Notes: generated by a model from the sequence alone, not told the origin. DNA of 64,000 nucleotides from Thalia democratica (GCA_965202585.1 OZ241830.1:76136001-76200000), one strand, 5' to 3'. Positions 13,046-24,763 are shown, counted from the stretch's first letter. Numbers and translations are program-made.

Positions 13046-15255
13046 TTTTTGTATTTTCACAAATATAATGTTGTTATTTTATTAGCAATACTCAAGATGA
13101 AAAGTTATTTCAAAGTATGCTGACTTTAAGTTATTTTTCTTAAATAAGTTTCCATGTTTTTTTGTTTAACTTAGTCTTTAATTTTACTTAAAAGCATTAT
13201 TCTCATTATTTTCTGAAAGTGTTAATGCTATCAGTGAATAAAAAACAAATGTTGCAAAAATAAATCCTTTTTTCACCTTATTATCTAGCATCGTTTTTAA
13301 GTAGGTGTAAAAGTTAAATAAGTCTGTTAATAAATGTAGCTGCAAAACAAAAAACAAAAGTGTTTTATTTATACAAAGCTTTGATTAACTTAACAAAACA
13401 AAAACAATTAGTAAGTTAACTTACATCGGTGTAATTGTACTTTACATTTATAAGTTTGTAATTTTTTTATTTAATTTAGTTTATAGGCTATTTTGGTATG
13501 TTTTCTTTTTATGAGGATTTATTAGGCTATTTGAGATTTTTTTATACTAGTTTATTTATTAAAACTATATTTTTTTATTTTGAAGCATAGTTTTGTGATT
13601 ACTTATTTTTAACTTTGAAAGAATCAATAAATTTAAAAACATGATATAGCTAACATTTAGTTAAAAATGAAGATTGACCAACAGTATTTGATTGTGTTTT
13701 TTTAAATGAAATTAAATCGTATTTTTTATTAATTAGTAGCTTATTCTAAATACAAGTATCTTAAAGAAAGCTATCTAATTTTTACATATTTATTCTATTA
13801 CAACTTACTGTTTATAAAATATAATTTTAAAACGTTTTAATAACTTTCTATTCTTACACTTTAGAATGATAAAAAATACTTTTATTTTTTTTAAACGAAA
13901 TAAAGCAACAACTTATTTTGTTTTTTCAAAAATAACTTAAATTAAAATAGTTAAGAACTATTATAGCTAAACAAACTAATCTTTATTTGAAAATATTCTA
14001 TAAAAGTTAAAAAAAAATTATCTACTATTTGAAATTTATCGCTTGTTTTAAAACATAAAAGTCAAAATTATAATTTAAGGTATACATTGACGTAGAGAAA
14101 ATTAAGCTTTTAATATAAAACAATAAAGTAGAAACTTAATATTCTATTTACTACCAGGTTTACGTTTACATTTCAGTAAATTGAGCAATGTTTTTTATTT
14201 AAGACAATTAACTATATAAATGTAGACAATATAGAAAAAAAATAGTTTTCAAATATTTTTTTTGTGTTAAGCTTTACAACTCTTCGTTTAATACTGTACA
14301 GCTACATATAAAGTACATTTTTATAAATGACGTTTATTTACTATAGAATTGATTTTTTATTAATTTTTAACAACAGTAAAATATTTTAAGTTCTACAAAA
14401 ACAAGAAAAATATTTAAATAAAATAATGTTTTTTCAGCTGAAAAGTTAATGTTTGTTCTTAGTTGAACTTAAATTACTTTATATTAATAAAGGAACAACT
14501 GTTTGGTTAATCAAGTTCGGTGTTTACTTTTTATTTAAGTAAAACTTTTCTTACTTTTTAATTGTTTTATTAAGTTGATCTGCATTCATTGTACTTCAGT
14601 TTAAGAAGTATTTTTAAAGTTACGTAACGTGTATTTTGAATATAAAAATTATTAAATAGTATTTAATTTTTAAGACTAAATTATCATTCTTTTGCTTTCT
14701 TTCATTCAAAATAAATTAAGAAAGATGTTGCAAAAGTTTAATTCAAAAAGTTTGTATGTACATCAAACGAGAAATAATTTAACTATTATATCACTAACAC
14801 ATTTACATTCAATTTAGTACGAACGTTAAAATCAAAGAAAACCGCAAGGTTAAAAACGTTAGATAATGCTTAACCAACTTAACCTATTAAATGTTTTTTA
14901 AACTGTTTCGAGTCAAATTAAGTTTAATATTTGCTTTAAACAAAATCAATAAAATTTAGATCAAAAATAAAATATTTTTCTTAATGTTTTTATACATTTC
15001 ACAATAAATTTATGTCAAAATTGTTTTTTAGCTGTGCAGTATTTTGAAGGTTTAAACAAACTACTTGTTAAGACTTCTTTTAATTAAAACGTTATTATTG
15101 TTTATATACTCAATTTTGTTTAGTAAGATTAAATATAATTTTTAGCTGTAGCTTAAACATAAAATGTTAAACAAATTTGAAAAGACAATTTTTTTAAGAC
15201 TTCTTAGTTAAGACAAAACAAAGATCAACTATGAGACAATTAGAATGAAAAACAA

Positions 15256-16020
15256 CTAATTATCTTCACTGCTCGATCGCTCAATTTGCTTTTTTAAACT
15301 TTCCAGTACAACTTCTGAATCACTTTTTAAATCATCATCTAATTCATGAAAGTGAGAAATTCCATTATCATAAGCTTCTTTGGCGATGGATAGATCATCG
15401 GGCGAATCAAGATAGTAGTGTATTTCAGAAAGGTGCATTGCAATAGAAAGTCTAATAAAGTCAGCTGGGCTTAAATTTTCCTTAGCTAATTTAAACGCTT
15501 CTTCAAAAAGTTCTTTTGATTTTTTGACATTATCATCAACATCTTCATCGTCATCATCTTCTTGGTCATCTACTTCGTCATCTTCTGCTTCATCTTCTTC
15601 TTCGTCTGCTTCGTCTTCTTCATCGTCTTCTAAAGCAAAAAATGCTTTTTTCAAATAGCAAAAAGCTTTGAAAGCCTTATAATCAACAACGGCTTTGGGG
15701 TTATCATCTCTTTTTATCCAATAACTTTCAATAAGTTCGATAAATTCGTCACATATTTTGGCATGTTTTGACTTTAATTTTTCTTTTAAATACAAACGCA
15801 GGTGATTTTCAACACTCACGCGTTTCAAAGAATTAAAACACTCTGAAAAATGATTTTTCATACGACTGTAACTTAAGTGTACCAACCATCTTTCGTCACA
15901 ATTTAAAGGAGTTGCCATTTTGATTACTTGCTTCATATAGTCGATTGAATCACTGTAGAGACCTACATCAAGTGACAAATTTGCCAGAGATACTAGTTCT
16001 TTTCTATCAAAATGTGACAT
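15256..16020 (-). CDS. Divergent 14-3-3-like protein, copy 3 (254 aa, acidic loop insertion)
   Basis: Intact ORF of the same length as copy 1 and its close paralog. The two share an identical 41-aa stretch, KSKHAKICDEF...KAFCYL. Confidence 0.88.
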   Translation of the reverse strand: MSHFDRKELVSLANLSLDVGLYSDSIDYMKQVIKMATPLNCDERWLVHLSYSRMKNHFSECFNSLKRVSVENHLRLYLKEKLKSKHAKICDEFIELIESYWIKRDDNPKAVVDYKAFKAFCYLKKAFFALEDDEEDEADEEEDEAEDDEVDDQEDDDDEDVDDNVKKSKELFEEAFKLAKENLSPADFIRLSIAMHLSEIHYYLDSPDDLSIAKEAYDNGISHFHELDDDLKSDSEVVLESLKKQIERSSSEDN

Positions 16021-16384
16021 TATAACAAATCTAAAAAAACTTAAAAACTGTTTTTTTTTGTTGTTTATCAGAATTTTTTTTAACTTCTTAATAAATATAT
16101 TAAAGTCATGTCATATAATATTTTATAGATAATGAAAAACTAGCAAACTTTTTTACAGTCAGTTAATAAATAACTAAAAGTTTATTTTAGTTTATGTTTA
16201 ATTACCATTTTAATTATTTAAAAAAAATTATAAATCGTTTTATTAGTCTGCACAAAAAAAACTCTATAAATGTGAAATAAAATATTTATTTTATTATTGA
16301 TAGCCTTTTTGTAAAATAAGGTTGTAAAATACTAAATTCAACACTGTAGAAAGTACTAACATATACACTAAATTACTAAAGTTG

Positions 16385-16505
16385 ATTTTCATTTATTTAA
16401 TTTTTCAATGCAAGTAACTTTAAAAAAAACTTTTTAATACTTTTTACACCTAATTCTAATGAAATTTTGCTAGAGAAGTTAGATCTTTTCTATCAAAAAC
16501 TTAAA
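16385..16505 (-). pseudogene. Highly decayed 14-3-3-like N-terminal remnant
   Basis: The minus strand reads FDRKDLTSLAKF and then hits stops. Its position after copy 3 mirrors the remnant after copy 1. Confidence 0.5.
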
Positions 16506-17399
16506 CTTTTAAAATCTAAAACTTACAAATTTATTTCTTTATTTTGCTTGTGTTTTTTATTTTTATTTTGTTTGTTTGAATTCATTATTTTTTTTTGTTT
16601 ATTACACTATTTTTAACTCACATGAGAGTTGAAATTTTTATTCTCAAAATTAATTTTTCACTAACTTTTGTTGTTTTTTTTAAGTTAAAGGAACAATACA
16701 TAGATAGAAAAAACAGAATATATTTAAAACTAAGAATGAGTACTAAATCAAATAAAATATTATAATCTAGCAAAAATAATTACTTTACGAAAAGAAGCCA
16801 TAAAGTAAAACGACGGCGGATTTAAAATTTTCTAATTCGTGTTTTTTATATACGACAGTACTTATAAAAAACATATATACTCTATTTAATACTAAAAAAA
16901 CAAAAATAAACAAAAAAACTTTAAATTGTTAGTAAAGTATCATTTGCTTAAGGTTACAAACTAATATGTATTTTTTAATTTTTTATCTAAAATCATGCTA
17001 ATAAAAAACTTTTTTCTTTTTAAAAATTGAGAGACTGGTGATCAAATTATATTGCTCGTTTAGTTGTCATCTTTAAAAAAAAAGTGAGACTTACTTTTAC
17101 AGCTCAATTAAATCATGTTTAAATTAGTTGTAGTTTTTTTCTTTTATTAAAACTGATCTAAATTGGAATTAAAAGATTTGTTTTCAGACTTTATAGCAGT
17201 AAATTATACATCATTTAAAAGTATTTACAGATTTTTGGTTTAATTTTTTATAAACAAAGCAAAGTATGACACTTTATTCGCAAAAACAACACTTAAACTT
17301 TCTTTACTTAAATATTTTTTTTTAAGTTTAATATTCAACAAAAAAACTTGAGCTAGATTAAGTACTTACTAAGCTGAAGTGCAATACAAATAATTATAT

Positions 17400-18350
17400 T
17401 ACAAACCATTTAATAAACAAGTAAGAAAATTGTTTTTAAGTAATAAGTAAACACCGAACTTAATTAACCTACCAATTACTTTATAACTGTAAAATTATTG
17501 AAGTTCATTTCCGCTGAAAAAAATAAATTAATATTCATCCGAAAAATTAATTTATTGTTATTTAGATGAAAGTATTTTTATTTGTATAATCTATCTTACC
17601 TTTTCTGAAAGTGCTTTTACTAACATAACAAGTACTGTGTTAAAGCTATTTAAACATTTTTTTGCTTTTACAAAACTTTACAACTTTTAATGTTGTACTG
17701 ATAAAAGAAAGTCTAGTTAAAAAAAATCTAGTACTATGTCACGCCAATTATAATAAAAGTGTTGTTTATATATTTTGTTCAAAAATGTTAAGCACATAGT
17801 TGTAAAATTACAACAATATAAAAATAAAACAACATGTTTTTTTAATTTAAACTAAAATAAACATCCTCTTTTCTATTTCAAAATATACTAGAAAATAACT
17901 ATGACTTTTATTTTTTAAACAAGCAACAAATTAAAACAGTAGATGTATTTTTTTAGTTTCGTAGATTATTTTGAAAAAAGATCGATTATTGTAGCGAAAA
18001 CAGTTTCTAATTTTTTATTATTGTAACTTACGTCATTGTTCAAATAACAAAACAACTTGTTGCATTATTTCGTTTAAAAATGTTTAAAATAATCACGCGA
18101 CGTTTTTTAAACTTCTCTAAAATTAGAAAAAGTAACTTAACATGTAGTTAAATATTTATATTTATTTTTAACGGTAGGTTATAAAAAGTCAATAAGTTGA
18201 AAATAATTTTTTTATTTAGATATTTGTAGAAAGAATAAGCAACTAACAAATAAAAACTGTCATTTATTTGAAATACATGATCAAATAATATTGGTAAAAC
18301 TTTATAGTTTAATTAAATGTTAGCTATAAACCATTAAAATTTAATATTAA
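17400..18350 (-). repeat. Inverted, diverged copy of 14-3-3 downstream flank (~2900-3990 and ~13630-14560)
   Basis: The reverse complement of aaacaccgaacttaattaacctaccaatt (~17450) matches aattggtaggttaatcaagttcgg (~3902). Part of it (17715-18065) also recurs directly at ~20740-21080. Confidence 0.7.
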
Positions 18351-18403
18351 GCATTTTATGCTTTAAACAACAAAGAACAATAACTAACTTCTAGATAACA
18401 AAA

Positions 18404-19150
18404 GGAATCTGCAATACTATTTTGCTTAAAATTCTACAACCAGCTTCGATTAAAGATAATAAGCATTTTCAAGTAGTTATTATAATTATGAACAGAGTAT
18501 TTTTAAGTTAGTACAAAAAAGTGAAACATATAATATAGTGACGTAACATAAAGTTTGATTGAAGTACAATGTTTCTCTTTATTATACATCTCAAAAAAAT
18601 GCTGAGTTCTTTAAAATCTATAAAAATAAGCAAGTTCTTTACAACTGTGTATTATTTTAAACGGAGTTTTGTAGTCTTAATCAGTTACAGAACACAAATT
18701 ACCTCAAATCTACTCCTTCCAGCACAGTATTTTTTGTGTGCTGGAGTTCTTTATAATTGTGTATCAAAAAATACACAATTATAAAGAACTCGCCTATTTT
18801 TATAGATTTTAAAGAACTCAGCATTTTTTTGAAACGTATAATAAAGAGAAACATTGTACTTTATTCAACCTTTATGTTACGTCACTATATTATATGTTTC
18901 ACTTTTTTGTACTAACTTAAAAATGCCCTGTTCATAATTATAATAACTACTTGAAAATGCTTATTATCTTTAATCGAAGCTAGTTGTAGAATTTTAAGCA
19001 AAATAGTATTGCAGACTTTTGCAATTTTTTAAGTGTATTTCGAAAAAAATTATTCCGAATAAGAAAAAGAAATCCAATAAAGAAAATATTGTGCTGGAAG
19101 GAATAGATTTAAGGTAGTTTTCAATTAATTTGTATTCTATATAAAAAAAA
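18404..19150. repeat. Foldback insertion with ~250-bp inverted arms
   Basis: Arms at 18408-18658 and 18771-19015 are near-perfect inverted repeats. The whole block is absent from the sister copy at ~20468-20490. Confidence 0.8.
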
Positions 19151-21740
19151 AGTTTTCATAAACATACTTGTACAGAACAAATAAACTTTAATAACCTCAT
19201 AAAACTTCATAAAAAAGAGATATTATATTCGAAATAGTTTGTAATCTTTATTAAACAAAACAAATTGATACTTTTAAGTTCTAAAATAAGATAACTTTAA
19301 ACCAATTTAACTCTAAAGTTTTTTTTTTAATCTTAAGGTCAAACAAAAGCTTCATTCAAAATAATTATTCTTGTTTTCTTATTATTTAGCTTAGTTTATC
19401 AATTGTTGTATTTTATATTTATACCTACTTTAAAAACAAAGGTCGAAAAGTAACGTGAAATAAGGTTTCAAGTTGTGTATTGTTTGTTTTATTAATCATT
19501 GGTAGCAATATAACTTTTGAAAACTAAAAAGAAATAATATTTTTTAATTAAGATAGACAACTAAACAAAATAGTAAATTTTAAAAATAATTAACTAAAAT
19601 GTTTAAATAAAAAAAACAATTAAAAGCTAAGCAGTTATTTTTTTTTTCTCGAAAAAGTCTGAGGTAAACTTAAAAAAAAAACTTTATACATCTGAATTAA
19701 TGTTTTTTTTTCTGAATTTTTTTAAATAGGAAGATAAACTTGTGATTAATTTCACAGTTCAACACAACAATAGTTTATAACACAATTAAATGTTATTTAA
19801 AAATTAAATAAAACACTAGTAACAAACTTTATAATCAGTTAGATTTAAATCCCATAAAACTCATGCTTGAACTCATGCTTGAGCTTTATAGTTAAAATAA
19901 ACATTTCCAAGACTTTTTTCTATATGCTTCATAAAAATTTTAATATATTTTTATGCGTTTAATTCAATAAGCTTTATACAGTTAAATTATTCAGCTACTT
20001 TTAATTCTTTTGGTGTAGCTTAAGTACAGTAGTCTTAATACTGTTCATCTAAATGCTAAGTTATTTTTTTTTAAATACTGAAAGTTGATTTTACAAGTAC
20101 ATTTTAAATTACTCAAAATGTCAATTAATAAACTACATATCAATTTAAGTTTATACTGTTTTTTTAAGCAAAGTAACATCAAAGGTAAGAATTATTATTA
20201 TAGAACAGCTGTCATCAGACTTAAGTAAGTTATAGGTCAATTTTCTTAGAAAAAGTTGCTTTTCGGGCAGGTTTTGTTTGAAACAGTTCTGTTATTTAAT
20301 ATTAAGATACAACTTTTAACCTTACTATTTGTAGAAAGTGAAAAAATATACACCACTAAAACCTTACTGTTAAATTTAGAGCCTAATTTCAAAAATTAAT
20401 ACAATTCTTTTAAATAGCTTTAATAAAATTATGTTTAAACAACAAAGAACAATAACTAACTTCAAAATAACAAAACAGTTTTCATAAACAGACTTATACA
20501 AAACAAATAAATTTTAATAACCTCATAAACCTTTATAAAAAAGAGATATTATATTCGAAATAGTTTGTAACCTTTATTAAACAAAAATGTTGGAACTTAT
20601 AAGTTGTAAATTGTTATAATTTTAAACCTATTTAACTCACAAGTTTTATTTTAATCATAAGGTCAAGCGAAAACTTCATTCGAAATATATATTCTTAATT
20701 TTCTATTGTTTAGCTTAATTAATTAATTATCATAAAAAAAACTAGTTTGAAAAAATCTAGTACTTGTCACGCCAATTATAAAAGTGTTGTTTATACATTT
20801 CATTAAAAATATTAAGCACATAGTTGTAAATTTACAATATAACAAAAAACAAAACAACATGTTTTTTTAATATTTAAATATCCTATTTTTTATGTTAAAA
20901 TATAATAAAAAATATTAGCTGTTTTTTTAAACAAGCAACAAGTTAAAATGGTAGATGTATTTTGTAAGTTTCGTAAATTATTTTCATAAAAGATTGATTA
21001 ATGTAGCGAAAATAGTTTCTGATTTTTTATTATTTTAACTTACGTTATTATTCAAATAACGAAACAACTTGTTGCAATTTTTATTTTAAATACTACTATT
21101 TTTAACTAATTAAAATTAACTATAATAAATATACCTTGTTATTTCAATTCTTTGAATAATTTTATTTAAGATACATCTTAAACTATGTTAAACAATAAAC
21201 AGTTTAACTTTTTATTTTTTCAATTTGGAGAGCAAAAATTTAGTTGTTATTATATAAAGTGTAAAATATAGTACTAGTATAAAAGAATTACTATATAAAT
21301 TTAAGTAACTTTTGTAGTTTAAGTAATTTTTACTTTTTTATAAAAAACTAGAAATGATAAGTATATGCAGTTACTTGCTTAAAATACGAGCTACTGATTA
21401 ACAAAAACTTCGGCGAAAGACTGCAGAGCAGAAGCCGGGACTTTCGTATACCGTGAGACAAGCTCAAGTTTAACAAAAGGGTTGATCATAACAACTCGAT
21501 TATCAGACTGCAATCTTCGGTAGACTGTGACCGGTTCTGAGAACTCGTCATTCACAACCGTCTTCAATTTACAAACGGTTTATCATGCTGTAGCATGAAG
21601 CCTGATAAACTACTAAATAAAGCTACTGATAAATCTACTGATTAAATAAAACCTTACATAAATAAGGAATTTATCAACTTGAAACGAATTGAAATGTTAA
21701 AAAAACTAAAACATTTTAAAACTTTGTAAAATAAAATTGA

Positions 21741-23185
21741 ATGGATTAGAAATTTTGTAATATCTGGCTTCTCTAGCTACAATGTCATATGAATTAGGCC
21801 TCTACACTGTAGTGTAGGGGTGGGCAAAGGTTTTCTATCAAAGGGCCGGATCCGGAAAAATTTAGTCTTTTGCGGGCCGGAGCACTTCGAATTAGTGATT
21901 TACCGGATCCAGTACCCGGAACAAGCCGAATAATGACTTTTTAGATCCGAATCCGACTGGAAACTAGTTTTAAGTCGAGATACAGATCCGGTCGGATTCT
22001 AATGTAAATAAAAGTTTCGGATCCGGCCGGAATATAAATTTATGGATACAGATGATCACTTTTTTAAATCCTTCAAATTCAAAAAACTTTCACAAGTCTG
22101 ACAACTTAATATGTATATTGAGATATGTCAGATGTTTAAATAATGTCTATAAATAGTATTGACATTATAACTGACAAAGGTACGTATGTAAAATATCGTA
22201 CTTAATAAAATCACTTTGCTTGGGGTAATTTTATAAAAAGACATCCAAACTAAGTTAGAACAGCACAAAATATTAGGACAAAATGGTGTATTTATTAGAA
22301 CACATTAATTTATAAAGTAATTTTTTAGCATGTTGTTGAAGTCAAATTCTTACAGGTTTGTTTTGTAAAAATATGATACAAAGTTTTGTAAAAAAATTGT
22401 AATATTGATCATTTGCAGGCCTATAAATTTTCTCGCGGGCCGGTCATTTTCATTTGCGGGCTGGATCCCATTAAAGTTTAATAAACGGTCGAGGCCGGTC
22501 ATTTTCACTCTGCGGGCCGGATCCGGCCCGGGGGCCGTACGTTGCCCACCCCTACTGTAGAGTCTACAGTGATGCAATTGACTGTATGAAACAAATCATT
22601 TAAATAGCAACTCCATTAAGTAGCAAGGAAGCAGTTTTATTCTTTTCTAGTTACGAACACATGAAATGTTTTCTCGATACTTCTTCGAAAAAGGTTAATT
22701 CCATGAGTATAGACGAACATTTTGTATAAGAACTAAAAAATAAAATTAAGTTAAAGCATGCCGAAATTTGCGATGACGCAATAGAACTGACTAATAGTTA
22801 TTGGATTAAAAGAGACGGAAATCATAAAACCGTTTTTATACAAGTACTTCAAAGCCCTCTAGTGTTAATTCAAAGTTTTTCTGAGCTAGGAATTTGGTGA
22901 AAAAGATGTTGCCAATAAAAAAGGCATCTAAAGTAGCGAAATATTTTCTAACCCAGCTCATACAAATAGACTTTCTATTGCAAGAGCACATTCAGAAATG
23001 AAGGGTTACAATTTAGGTTTACCTAGTGAAAGGTAAATTGCAAAGGAAGCTTATGCGGAATGTTTGCAAGATTTAAATGAGGACCTTAAATTATCAGAAG
23101 TAAGCGCTGATTCAAAAAGTAAATAAGAATCTGAATTGAAAATTTTAAATGAAAAAATGAAAAATGGAACGTTAAAAAAAATTAG
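21741..23185 (+). pseudogene. Full-length 14-3-3-like pseudogene interrupted by a hAT MITE
   Basis: Reads YLASLATMSYELGLY, then the insertion, then SDAIDCMKQII*IATPLSSKE...KHAEICDDAIELTNSYWIKRDGN...PAHTNRLSIAR...IAKEAYAECLQ...KWNVKKN*. It has several TAA stops and frameshifts and lies opposite to the other copies. Confidence 0.82.
21815..22554. mobile_element. Non-autonomous hAT (Charlie-like) element, 740 bp
   Basis: 13-bp perfect TIR taggggtgggcaa/ttgcccaccccta and an 8-bp TSD ctgtagtg/ctgtagag (7/8 match). Subterminal gcgggccgg motifs are repeated at both ends. Confidence 0.88.
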
Positions 23186-24763
23186 ATGTTCTTCTTTCAA
23201 ACTTTTTCATAACTTATCGTAATTAAAAAGTTTTAAAAACATTTATTTTGAAGTTTTTGATAGTATAAACATTTAGCCGTAAAGTTCTGAAACCTAAATA
23301 AATCTAATATAACAATAATAACAAATTTTAGGTTTAAAAAATGTAAACAAGCAGCTTATTAAAAGCTTCAAAAAAATCATCAACTAAAACATATTTAAAA
23401 TAAAAGTTTCTGTGAAATTAAAAATAAGTCTTGACAAAAATGTTTAAATTTGTAATGCAAATAATAGAGTTTGTAAAAAATTAACACTTTGAATGAAAAG
23501 AACTTTAGAAGTAAAATTTTGTCTTTTGGTTTACAAGTTTATCAAAATATGTGCACCCTAAATTAAAAAACTAAAGTTCTGTAAACCCCATTGTGCGAAT
23601 ACCTAGTATAAGTTTCAAATTTCCCGTAAAATCTATTGCAGGGTTTCCCAGAGATTTCTCAAAAAACGACCATAAAAACCACCTAAGACCTATTTTTTGC
23701 TCTTCATCATCAACTCCAGAATATCTAGCACAAGTTTCAAATTTAGTATAAATTTTATAACTACCACTAAAAAGTATTAAGAAACTTATTTCTAACATTT
23801 TTTTTGATTTAAACTTTTAAACCATTTATGAATATTAGCTAACAACTTTTAAAAGAAATTATTTGTAATAATATTAATCAAAATATTTCATTCAAGGCGT
23901 TACAATAATTCTAATTAAACAATTTTAGCTTATATAGAAATTTATTGAATTATGCTATTTGATTATAATTTTGTTCACATTTTATTTAGTAACTAAAATA
24001 GATCAAAAGTATGTATTATATTTGTTATAAGCTAAACAGCTATACAATATTTTTTAAGATGTAACTTTAAAAGGCGTTAAATCCTGGAGATCCTGATAAG
24101 CTAAGCTTATCGGAATATATACCACAGATATTTTTGTGTCAAAACTTTATTCCGACTAACGGCGTTTCACTGCTCTCAAATAAATTTAAGAACAGATCTA
24201 CGGAGTCTCAAAAAAGCTCAATATTTTTTAATAAGTTAGTTTTGAAAGATAAGGAAAAAGTTAAGTATAACCATCTGTAGACGATTTTTTTTTGGAATTT
24301 TAAACAGCAACAAATGATTTAAAGTATTTTAAAAATATATTTTGTTTTAAAAGGAATTTTTAAAGTAACGAATACTGGTTTTGTATAAGCTGTTTTAAGT
24401 TAGCTATACTATCAATACACTGGTTTAACTAATTATAGCCCGATCCGGAAAGTAAGAAAATACAACACTCTTTGATTTCTAAACATAAAGAAGATGGCTT
24501 ACTTTCAGTTATAGTTTCAGTTTGGAGACCAAACACTATTTATGTAGGGTAGTAATGACTTAAATTGTTTTAAAAGTTATAAAATAACTTTGAAATTTAG
24601 TAACTTTTTACAAACTGATGTAGCAACTCCTAATGTAATATGTTTATAACTAAATATTGAACAAGTTACTAGTCATATCTTTTTAGTTATAAACATTTTT
24701 TCTATAGGGTACTACTAAACAAAAAAAAAACAAATTAAATTTTTAATATATATTTTTTAAATC

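Larger units (their letters stand above)
11515..16355 (+). repeat. Segmental duplication unit B (carries 14-3-3-like copy 3)
   Basis: Direct, indel-rich copy of 1-5745. Confidence 0.85.
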
